Source: Calditrichia bacterium
Lineage (GTDB): Bacteria; Calditrichota; Calditrichia; RBG-13-44-9
Direction: 5' to 3'
Length of the DNA stretch: 13,743 nucleotides
NCBI GenBank assembly: GCA_037381445.1
Contig: JARRQT010000191.1
Span: 1-13,743 of the forward strand
The position numbers were made by a program, and so were the translations under genes. Below the pieces are notes generated by a model. It was not told where the DNA came from and did not search any database. It saw nothing but the letters and a program-made list of their open reading frames with translations. Shown here piece after piece: positions 1 through 7,265 of this stretch (the stretch's first letter is position 1; each line of letters begins with the position of its first letter).

Positions 1-618
1 AAACTGTCCTGCGCTGAGCCAATTAATATGACCTCATATCCTTCTTCTGCAAATTTATCGATCAGCTTTCCCCAATATACGGCCGGCCAGCGCTTTGTAG
101 GCCAAACCGAACCGGGCGCAAAAGCCACAATATTTTTTTGCTCTGAAATTTTATTCCGGCTCAGCCACTCATTTACCGCTTCGGCATCATTATCCCTAAT
201 GAATAAATCAGGTAATTCTCGGCCGTTTTTATAAATTTGCAGCGGCGTCAGCAGTTTCAGATTCCGCTCAATTTCATGGATATTCTTTTCATAATGGACC
301 CGATGGGTAAAAAATCTGGCTCCGGCGCTACTGTCGAACCCGATGCGGACAGGAATGCCTGCCAGGTAAATCAGCAAAGCGCTTCGGATAGAACGGTGCG
401 GCACAATTGCCAGATCATACTTCTCGGCCCTAATCTTGCGGGATAATCGCCACAGTCCAAATAGTCCACGATCCTTACCTCGTTTATCAAAAATCCATAA
501 GCTCCTTGACTACGTGAATCAGTGGCGTTGTTAATATCACATCACCGATAAAAGCAGTTTGAAGAATTATAATCTTTTTAAATCTATTTCTGTTTTCCGT
601 TGGAATCTGTTTTTTCAA
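1..618 (-). pseudogene. waaF: Glycosyltransferase family 9 (LPS heptosyltransferase II-like), frameshifted near 500 and running off the left edge
   Basis: Manual translation, not in the ORF track. Frame A from TTG 618 reads MKKQIPTENRNRFKKIIILQTAFIGDVILTTPLIHVVKELMDF, stop TGA 487-489; QTAFIGDVILTTP is the typical GT9 N-terminal motif. Frame B from 500 to the edge reads LWIFDKRGKDRGLFGLWRLSRKIRAEKYDLAIVPHRSIRSALL...RIGFD...HEIERNLKLL...APGSVWPTKRWP...VILIGS, also GT9-like. AAGGA lies upstream of the TTG. The family call is stronger than the waaF symbol. Confidence 0.8.
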
Positions 619-679
619 ACCAATGACGCTTCCTTATCACATTTCGAAAAATCCGGCAAAATAATTCGTCTCTCAATTT

Positions 680-1063
680 TTAATGGGAGCGCGAAAAATG
701 CTCATGCACAATTTTCCACTCATCCCCGGAACGGCGGTAAACGTGCGTTCCGCGACCTGGGACTTCTTTCACTTTTCCACCGCGCTCAAGTTTCACTTTC
801 CAGTAAAAAGACAATACAGCAATATCACCAAATTGCATAATCTCAGGTTCCATAATTTCATATGTTGAATTGTCCGCCTCGGCGAGATAGTACTCAAAGG
901 TTTTACGCAATTCATCTTTCCCCTGAAAACGGTCATGGGTTGTCGAAGAAAAACCTGAAATATCGGTATCGAAATATTCGAGTATCCGGTTGACAGCATT
1001 TTTATTAAATGCCTCCGCACAGGCTTCTTCAATGGCTACCAGGCTTTTTAGCAATTTTTCCAT
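680..1063 (-). CDS. SnoaL-like / NTF2-fold (DUF4440/YybH-type) protein, 127 aa
   Basis: C-terminal GRGTHVYRRSGDEWKIVHEHFS pattern and N-terminal helix (EEACAEAFNKNAV) fit the NTF2-like fold. Start moved from 1105 to ATG 1063, which follows an AAGGGG RBS. Confidence 0.8.
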   Translation of the reverse strand: MEKLLKSLVAIEEACAEAFNKNAVNRILEYFDTDISGFSSTTHDRFQGKDELRKTFEYYLAEADNSTYEIMEPEIMQFGDIAVLSFYWKVKLERGGKVKEVPGRGTHVYRRSGDEWKIVHEHFSRSH

Positions 1064-1185
1064 TTGATACCCCCTTTGATATTTTTGAATTAGAAATAGA
1101 CACATTCCAATAAAACATCATTGCCTTCTGCTTCCATTCCAAAGTTGAGCAACAAATCGGAAAAAATCAATAAAGAAATAGTCGT

Positions 1186-1554
1186 CTAGATAATTTGGGA
1201 AACAAATTGAACGAGATGCATGATGTCAAAAGGCTTGATGAGATAACCCCGCACTCCCATTTCTTCCAATTCCTTTTTTTGTGTCCGGTCTTCAAATCCG
1301 GTGGTGATTACGATGGGGATTTCGGGTGCAACTTTCATGAATTCCCTGCAGATTGATTTACCATTTTTATCAGGCAGGGAAAGATCGAGAATAATTGCCT
1401 GAATATTGAATAAATTGCGGGAAAAATTATTGATAGCCTCCTCTCCTGTGACTGCCGTCAAAACGTGGAATCCATTCATGGAGAGAATACGTTTGATCAG
1501 CCAGAGCAAATCAAAATCATCTTCAACTACAAGGATATATTTTTCGTCTAACAT
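1186..1554 (-). CDS. Single-domain response regulator receiver (CheY-like), about 122 aa
   Basis: ILVVEDD acidic pocket, phospho-acceptor Asp in ILDLSLPD, Thr in IVITTG and Lys in LIKPF. No output domain. ATG 1554 (MLDEKY) preferred over 1587; neither has a clear SD. Confidence 0.9.
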   Translation of the reverse strand: MLDEKYILVVEDDFDLLWLIKRILSMNGFHVLTAVTGEEAINNFSRNLFNIQAIILDLSLPDKNGKSICREFMKVAPEIPIVITTGFEDRTQKKELEEMGVRGYLIKPFDIMHLVQFVSQII

Positions 1555-1704
1555 ATTATAATAAAATAATATAACACGACAAATCATTAATAATCATGCA
1601 TCCGCTATATTTTGCATTATCGGATTCAAGTTTCAGAAATATAAATATAAAATTGAATTAATTTGTAATAATTTTTAATAAAGTGTTAGTTCTGTCAAAT
1701 CAGG

Positions 1705-1733
1705 TGATGATGATTCTTTTATTTTGATGATGA
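1705..1733. repeat. Direct repeat TGATGATGA x2 with a 20-bp period, in an AT-rich divergent intergenic region
   Basis: TGATGATGA at 1705-1713 and 1725-1733, about 20 bp upstream of the 1755 start. A regulatory role is inference only. Confidence 0.35.
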
Positions 1734-1754
1734 ATTAAATTTTATGGGGATATC

Positions 1755-1967
1755 ATGAACCTGAAGGACATTAGAAAAGCATACGACAACAATTACAGAG
1801 AAATATGCAGAACCATTTCACTAATGGGCGGCGAAGAGCAGATCAAATATCACAGGAAATTAAAGTCTTCTTTATATACCCAGCTCAAAAAATTGCAGCT
1901 TCGCGAACATGAGCTGGATGCGCTGGAAAACCGATATCTCTCCACTTTTTCGCGGCTCGCATCCTGA
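1755..1967 (+). CDS. Hypothetical small helical protein, 70 aa
   Basis: ATG preceded by a GGGGA RBS, fills an otherwise empty gap, and has an amphipathic/coiled-coil-like pattern (LYTQLKKLQLREHELDALENRYL). No family recognised. Confidence 0.7.
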   Translation: MNLKDIRKAYDNNYREICRTISLMGGEEQIKYHRKLKSSLYTQLKKLQLREHELDALENRYLSTFSRLAS

Positions 1968-2038
1968 AAATGATAAAAACTTTATTCCGGTGTTAACTTT
2001 ATAACAGTAATTTTCTGTTTATCAAACCTGGTTGTGCT

Positions 2039-2461
2039 CTAATTAAGACCTTCAATCAGTTCTTTGACCCGTTGTTCTATTTCTCCGCTCAACTTCTCTA
2101 TTTCTTTTTTCATTTCCTCTTCGGATATCTGTTTCCGGGTGGGATCTTCAAAATTCCATTCAATGACCTGATAATCATATGAAATCGCAGGCAATTCTTC
2201 CTTCACTGAAGGATTCATTGCCACGAAAATATCAAATCGCTGATGCTCTACCACTTCCCAGGCTTTTGAAAAGAAAAAATTCATATCAATCCCTTTTTCA
2301 CGCAGCACCTCAGCAACAAGATAATGCACTCTATTTGGTTCCAGACCAAAGCTTTGCGCATCAACTTTATCAAAACCCAGATGTAAGGCATGTGCCTGTG
2401 CAATAATGCTCCTGCAGGAATTTTTATCCGAAACAAATACGATACGTTTTTTGCCAGCCAT
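2039..2461 (-). CDS. ArsC/LMW protein-tyrosine-phosphatase-fold protein with a degenerate active site, 140 aa
   Basis: P-loop FVSDKNSCRS corresponds to the canonical FVCxxNSCRS (CX5R). SFG, EKGID and WNFEDP elements match the fold. Strong AAGGAG RBS. Confidence 0.85.
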   Translation of the reverse strand: MAGKKRIVFVSDKNSCRSIIAQAHALHLGFDKVDAQSFGLEPNRVHYLVAEVLREKGIDMNFFFSKAWEVVEHQRFDIFVAMNPSVKEELPAISYDYQVIEWNFEDPTRKQISEEEMKKEIEKLSGEIEQRVKELIEGLN

Positions 2462-2501
2462 TCAATCTCCTTTTCCTTATATTCCTTGTTCACTGCCAGA
2501 T

Positions 2502-2536
2502 ATAATAAGTATTGCTGTTTTTTAAAATCAAGTCAA
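2502..2536 (-). promoter_or_regulatory. Putative sigma70-type promoter for the ArsC-like gene
   Basis: TTGACT (2536-2531)-17 bp-AATACT (2513-2508), or TTGATT (2531-2526)-18 bp-TATTAT (2507-2502). The AT-rich context makes chance matches possible. Confidence 0.35.
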
Positions 2537-2564
2537 AAAGAATTTTGCAGATATTGCCGGATTA

Positions 2565-3587
2565 TTATTCTTTTCTTTTTCCCTGAATAAAATCCTCGGC
2601 AATCAACACGTCTTCCTCGCTGCCGATAACAAGGGGGGTTCGCTGATGGAGTCCCGTCGGTTGAATATCCATAACACGCTGGCGACCGTCTGTAGCCCTT
2701 CCGCCCGCCTGTTCCACGATAAATGCGAGACAATTGGCTTCATACATCAGCCGCAGCTTGCCATATTCTCTTTCCGGCGATTTTTTATCCGCCGGGTAAA
2801 GGAAGATCCCACCGTATAACAAGTTTCTGTGAAAATCCGCAACCAGCGAACCGATATACCGTGAATTCAACGGCCGGCCGTCATGGGGTGCCGCTTTCTT
2901 GGCCCATCTCACATAATTTCTCACGCCCTCATCCCAATAATCGTAATAACTTTCATTGATGCTGTAGATTTTTCCTTTCTTCGGAATTTTGATGTTTTCA
3001 TGGGACAGGACAAACTCTCCGTAACTGGGATCCAGTGTAAATCCGAACACGCCGGTGCCAAATGTGTAAACAAACATGGTACTGGAACCGTATACTACAT
3101 ATCCTGCGCACACCTGCTTATATCCGGGCTGAAGCAAATCCTCCAGCGTACCGGGCTTGCTGTCCGGGGTGACTCGTCTGTAAATACTGAAGATTGTCCC
3201 AATACTGACATTGACGTCAATATTTGAGGATCCATCCAGGGGATCAAAACAGCAGACATATTTTCCAATGGGATATTGATCGGGAATGGGTATAATGCCA
3301 TCCGATTCCTCGGAAGCAAGCGCACACAATTGTCCCCCATGAACCAGCGAACGTATCAGCGTATCATTCGCAAAGACATCCAGTTTCTGTTGTTTCTCCC
3401 CATGGACGTTTACGCCCCCTGCTGATCCGATAATATTCATCAGGCCGGCCTTATTCACATTAAATGATATGATTTTTGCGGCAAGCGCAATATCGGTTAA
3501 GAGGGCGGTAAAAGCGCCGGTGGCTTTGGGATAATTTCTTTCCTGCTCGATAATATGGCGGTTCAGCGTTGTTACAAAATTTGACAT
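2565..3587 (-). CDS. fbp: Fructose-1,6-bisphosphatase class I, 340 aa
   Basis: Motifs GEKQQKLDV, ASEE, FDPLDGSSNIDVNVSIGTIFS, YSINE, RYIGSLVADFHRNLLYGG and GKLRLMYE. Start moved from 3716 to ATG 3587 (MSNFVTTLNRHII) after a GGGGG RBS. Confidence 0.97.
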   Translation of the reverse strand: MSNFVTTLNRHIIEQERNYPKATGAFTALLTDIALAAKIISFNVNKAGLMNIIGSAGGVNVHGEKQQKLDVFANDTLIRSLVHGGQLCALASEESDGIIPIPDQYPIGKYVCCFDPLDGSSNIDVNVSIGTIFSIYRRVTPDSKPGTLEDLLQPGYKQVCAGYVVYGSSTMFVYTFGTGVFGFTLDPSYGEFVLSHENIKIPKKGKIYSINESYYDYWDEGVRNYVRWAKKAAPHDGRPLNSRYIGSLVADFHRNLLYGGIFLYPADKKSPEREYGKLRLMYEANCLAFIVEQAGGRATDGRQRVMDIQPTGLHQRTPLVIGSEEDVLIAEDFIQGKRKE

Positions 3588-3864
3588 TTTGACCCCCGCA
3601 AATCTAAATTGAAGAAAAGACTGATATTTAATTAATCGACCTTTATTCAAAAAAAGCCTGGAAATCTTAAAATTCAGCAGATTACCCCGGAACTGCAATC
3701 CCGGAATGCAAATCAAACAGCAAATCCATCAGGTGTATGTTTGAAACAAATATCCGATCATTCAGCGAATCTGGGCCGGCTGAATATTCATTATTTCCTG
3801 ATAACTCAGCATTTATATATGGTAAAACAATTTCAAAAAATTAAGTCGCCCGCCCCGTGGAGAA

Positions 3865-4704
3865 TTATCGCGCCATTAATATAGGTAAATCAGAATGACG
3901 CATCACCTGCACCGTGGTGCTTCCCAGAATGGCTTCCCGGATTCTGGAATGTCCGTAGGACCCCATGATAATCAGATCAATATTTTTGTCTTTTGCCGCT
4001 TCTACAATTTTTTCCGACGGATCGCCTTCAATGATAATCTCTTCAATTTTCGGAATATTATAAGAAACAAGATATTCCTTTGCTTCCTGTATCATGATTT
4101 TGGCCTCATCCGGTGAGCTATTCACATTCAGCAGATGAAGCGACAATTTTAGGGTGGAGGCAAATGATGCAGCCAGGGTCAAAGCCTTGCTGGCGTTTTC
4201 GCTGCCGTCATAAGCGAGAAGAATATTTTTGATATCCCGGTATTTTTGCCGCGATACAAAAATGGGTTTAATCGATAGCCGGGAGGTTGCCTCCACCGTA
4301 GCGCCCATCATTTTATCACTCCACTTGGCAAATTCTCCCTTGGCACCCATGATGACCATATCCACCAAACGTGCTTTGTCACATATGACATCTACAGGAT
4401 TACCGCTTTCCTTATCCAATTGATAATCAATTTTGTGTTGACTCAGCATTCTATCAGTCTTTTTCAAAACTTCATCTGCTTTTTGCTCAAGCAGTTTTTG
4501 AGATTCTTCCTGATAGATGGTCGAAGGGATTACCGGAGCAAATCCCTCCACACCAATTGCTACCGCCCATTCGAAAATTCGGACATCTATTACGGTCAAA
4601 ACCCGGAGATGCGCCTTGAACTTTTCCGCGAAATGGATCCCATACTGCAATACAGTTTCCGTGAAGGCAGAACCGTCGACAGCCACCAAAATTGATTTTA
4701 TCAT
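3865..4704 (-). CDS. Universal stress protein with two USP domains, 279 aa
   Basis: Domain 1 ILVAVDGS...DMVIMGAKGE...MGAT and domain 2 ILLAYDGS...DLIIMGSYGHSRIREAILGSTT. GAGGGG RBS. Confidence 0.93.
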   Translation of the reverse strand: MIKSILVAVDGSAFTETVLQYGIHFAEKFKAHLRVLTVIDVRIFEWAVAIGVEGFAPVIPSTIYQEESQKLLEQKADEVLKKTDRMLSQHKIDYQLDKESGNPVDVICDKARLVDMVIMGAKGEFAKWSDKMMGATVEATSRLSIKPIFVSRQKYRDIKNILLAYDGSENASKALTLAASFASTLKLSLHLLNVNSSPDEAKIMIQEAKEYLVSYNIPKIEEIIIEGDPSEKIVEAAKDKNIDLIIMGSYGHSRIREAILGSTTVQVMRHSDLPILMAR

Positions 4705-4898
4705 AGGTCCCCTCGTGATTATTTTTACGATATCTCTGTCACAAATAAAGCAAAAAATTAATTAAAAAGCTACATTAAATCTTATCATCTGTCTTACGGC
4801 ATTAAAATCAGCCCGAAGATAAATAGACAAATATACGATTTTCAAATATCACATACATAGGTCACTTCTGTTAAGACTGTTCAGGGGTCAGTATTTTT

Positions 4899-6737
4899 TT
4901 AGCTAACTTTTATCTTTGCCTCTCCTGCCTCACGAATTTCACCTATCCGTCGAACCTCCCCGATATTTTGGGAATGCAACTTTTCCAGCAATTTATCCGC
5001 TCTGTCCGCCCGAACTGCAATCAGTAATCCTCCGGAGGTCTGGGCATCATTGAGCATAAGTCTTTTGTTTTCGGAGATGTGTTCATCATAACCAACGAAG
5101 GGACTTGTATAACTGAAATTATCCCTTGTCCCGCCCGGAATCATATTGCCTGCCGATAATTCCTGCACGCCGGGGAGAAACGGAACATTTTCATGTTGGA
5201 TGAAAGCAGTTGCATTTGAGTCTTTAATCATTTCCAGCAGATGCCCCAGCAGACCGAAGCCGGTAATATCCGTACAGGCGTGAACGCCGACTTCCTGCAT
5301 CGCTTCCGCAGCATCCCTGTTCAAGGCGCCCATGATTTCCACCAGCATTCTCTGCTGTTCCTTTTCCAATAATCCCTGCTTCAATGCCGTGGAGAGAATC
5401 CCGGTGCCCAGTGGTTTTGTCAGAATGAGCACATCTCCAATTTGCGCGCCGCTGTTTCGGATAATTTTTTCGGGATCCGCAATGCCAGTGACAGCAAGCC
5501 CAAACTTGGGTTCTGTGTCATCGACTGTGTGACCGCCAATTATGGATATTCCGGCCTCCTGCGCTTTTGACTGGGCGCCCCGCATGATCTCTTCCAGCAC
5601 CTCTACCGGCAGCCGGTTGCTCGGAAAGCCAACCACATTCAAAGCGAAAAGCGGCCTCGCACCCATCGCGTAAATATCGCTCAAAGAATTGGCCGCCGCA
5701 ATAGCCCCGAACTGAAACGGGTCGTCCACGACAGGCGTGAAGAAATCCACAGTTTGCACGATGGCGGTCTTGCCATCAATGCGATAGACGGCCGCATCAT
5801 CGGCCGTCTCGGTGCCAACCAGCACATTGTCATCTACGGGCACCGGGAGTTTCCGGATGACTTCTTCCAGCAATTGCGGGCGCAATTTGCAGGCGCAGCC
5901 CAGTCCATGAGTATAATGGGTGAGTTTTATTTCATCCTTACGTGTATTAAGATAAATTTTTGAACCGGCAGGCTCAAGCCTCCTGACCACCCCCGTGATC
6001 TCCGTAGCAGCCTTATCTATTTCATCCACGGTTGTGAACCGTCCCGTGGAAAATCGAATCGTCCCCATGGCATATTCCAGCGGTACTTTCATGGCCTCCA
6101 GCACGGATGAAACATCGATCCGGTCGCTGTGACAGGCTGCGCCTGCCGAAGCTGCCACGCCTTCAAGCTCTGACAAAATGGTATTCGCTTCCAGTCCGGC
6201 AAAGCTGATGCTGGAGGTATTGGGCAGCCTGCTTTGAGGATGCCCATTGATATGAATATCCGGAAATTCTCTCTGCAGGTTCATTTCCAGCCGGTCGCGC
6301 ATTTTCAGCATATGCTCCTGGTAAACTTCCAGATTTTGAGAAACCAGCTCACACGCCTTCCCCAATCCCGCAATCTCAATCACGTTTTCCGTCCCCGCCC
6401 GTTTATTCATCTCGTGATTGGCTCCATGAATTTGTTTTTCCAATTGAACGCTGGACCGAATATACAGCGCCCCGATCCCTTTTGGCGCATACAGCTTATG
6501 CCCGGCAATGGAAAGAAGATCAACTTTTAAATCATCTACCCGCACCGGAATCTTTCCCACCGATTGGGCGCAATCGGTATGCATAATGATATTGTGTCTA
6601 TGCGCGATCCCAGCAATTTCTGCAATGGGTTCAATCGTTCCCACCTCATTGTTGGCATGCATAATAGTAATCAGAATGGTTTGCGGCGTAATGGCTTCTT
6701 CAACCTGCAACGGATCCACCAGGCCGTATTTATCCAC
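4899..6737 (-). CDS. selD: Selenide,water dikinase (SelD) fused in frame to the C-terminal portion of a NifS-like cysteine desulfurase/selenocysteine lyase; 3' part of a frameshifted gene that starts at 7066
   Basis: NifS part: HANNEVGT, HTDCAQSVGK, PLP lysine in IAGHKLYAPKG, RAGTEN, catalytic SAGAACHS. SelD part begins at about 5930: IKLTHYTHGLGCACK, DDAAVY, VDFFTPVVDDP, ANSLSDIYAMG, GGHT, LTKPLGTG, TDITGFGLLGHL, DAQTSGGLL. No stop between the two domains. Confidence 0.93.
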   Translation of the reverse strand: MDKYGLVDPLQVEEAITPQTILITIMHANNEVGTIEPIAEIAGIAHRHNIIMHTDCAQSVGKIPVRVDDLKVDLLSIAGHKLYAPKGIGALYIRSSVQLEKQIHGANHEMNKRAGTENVIEIAGLGKACELVSQNLEVYQEHMLKMRDRLEMNLQREFPDIHINGHPQSRLPNTSSISFAGLEANTILSELEGVAASAGAACHSDRIDVSSVLEAMKVPLEYAMGTIRFSTGRFTTVDEIDKAATEITGVVRRLEPAGSKIYLNTRKDEIKLTHYTHGLGCACKLRPQLLEEVIRKLPVPVDDNVLVGTETADDAAVYRIDGKTAIVQTVDFFTPVVDDPFQFGAIAAANSLSDIYAMGARPLFALNVVGFPSNRLPVEVLEEIMRGAQSKAQEAGISIIGGHTVDDTEPKFGLAVTGIADPEKIIRNSGAQIGDVLILTKPLGTGILSTALKQGLLEKEQQRMLVEIMGALNRDAAEAMQEVGVHACTDITGFGLLGHLLEMIKDSNATAFIQHENVPFLPGVQELSAGNMIPGGTRDNFSYTSPFVGYDEHISENKRLMLNDAQTSGGLLIAVRADRADKLLEKLHSQNIGEVRRIGEIREAGEAKIKVS

Positions 6738-7066
6738 CGGTAAATGCAGACCTCGATCACGGCCGGATGTTCAATCGATGAAGTAATGATGTGATTTCCC
6801 TTCTGCCGGTAGGCTTCCGCCGCGCCTTTGATCGCATAGTTGTTGGATTCGGAGCCGCCGCTGGTGAAAACAATTTCCTCAACCTTGCCGCCCAGCATAT
6901 CCGCAATTTGTTTCCGGGCATTCTCAACCGCCTTGCGGGCATTGACCCCGTACAGATGGGTGCTGGAGGGATTCCCGAAATGTTGATGAATATATGGCAT
7001 CATTGCTTCCGCAACGCGCGGGTCAATCGGTGTGGTTGCATTGTAATCAAGGTATATTGTTTTCAT
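6671..7066 (-). pseudogene. nifS: N-terminal fragment of the NifS-like domain; homology ends at about 6746 and the remainder is an out-of-frame tail
   Basis: IYLDYNATTP, FGNPSS, IVFTSGGSESNN, HIITSSIEHPAV are class V aminotransferase/NifS motifs. GGAG RBS before ATG 7066. After EVC the homologous sequence continues in another frame as LPVDKYG. Confidence 0.88.
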
Positions 7067-7110
7067 TTTGGGACTCCGTCATTCTCTGTTCTGACATCAT
7101 GTTTATTCAA

Positions 7111-7139
7111 AATGTAATATCCGGAAGAATTTACTTCAA
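7111..7139 (-). promoter_or_regulatory. Putative sigma70-type promoter for nifS-selD
   Basis: TTGAAG (7139-7134)-17 bp-TACATT (7116-7111), about 45 bp upstream of ATG 7066. Confidence 0.35.
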
Positions 7140-7265
7140 TTTGATTTTTATATGGAAAAGCTGGTCAGCAATCTGAGCTTGCCTTTCCTCTGTCCATACC
7201 AAAGGAATTTTGTTCAAGGAATTCGAAAAAGCCCATATTCCCAAAATATCTATCTCAATATTCGA

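Noticed and set aside
487..489. TGA in the GT9 first frame read as selenocysteine, given the nearby selD
   Set aside because: It is followed directly by TAA, and homology continues in a different frame.
28..840. Plus-strand ORFs 28-234, 237-446 and 559-840
   Set aside because: They are antisense to the GT9 and SnoaL-like genes, which explain the region.
1968..2038. Bidirectional terminator between the convergent 70-aa and ArsC-like genes
   Set aside because: Only a weak AT-rich stem (AACAG/CTGTT) is present, too unstable to call.
3588..3716. 43-aa N-terminal extension of Fbp in the ORF track
   Set aside because: It has no FBPase similarity, and a good RBS precedes ATG 3587.
3686..3785. Imperfect tandem CCCGGAA(C)TGCAA(A)T repeats, a TGTTTGAAACA palindrome and an ATTCAGC/GCTGAAT inverted repeat between fbp and the USP gene
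   Set aside because: They are short, have only two copies, lack CRISPR-like spacing and have no U-tract; not enough to call an ncRNA, terminator or operator.
5889..6146. Perfect 12-bp inverted repeat (GCAGGCGCAGCC at 5889-5900, GGCTGCGCCTGC at 6135-6146) on the codons of the two catalytic loops
   Set aside because: Several 12-bp inverted matches are expected by chance in 13.7 kb, and both arms are dictated by Gly/Ala/Cys codons. There is no sign of an invertible segment or recombinase.
6735..6760. Programmed -1 frameshift joining the two NifS parts
   Set aside because: There is no X XXY YYZ slippery heptamer at the junction, and a shift would not restore the roughly 12 missing conserved residues.
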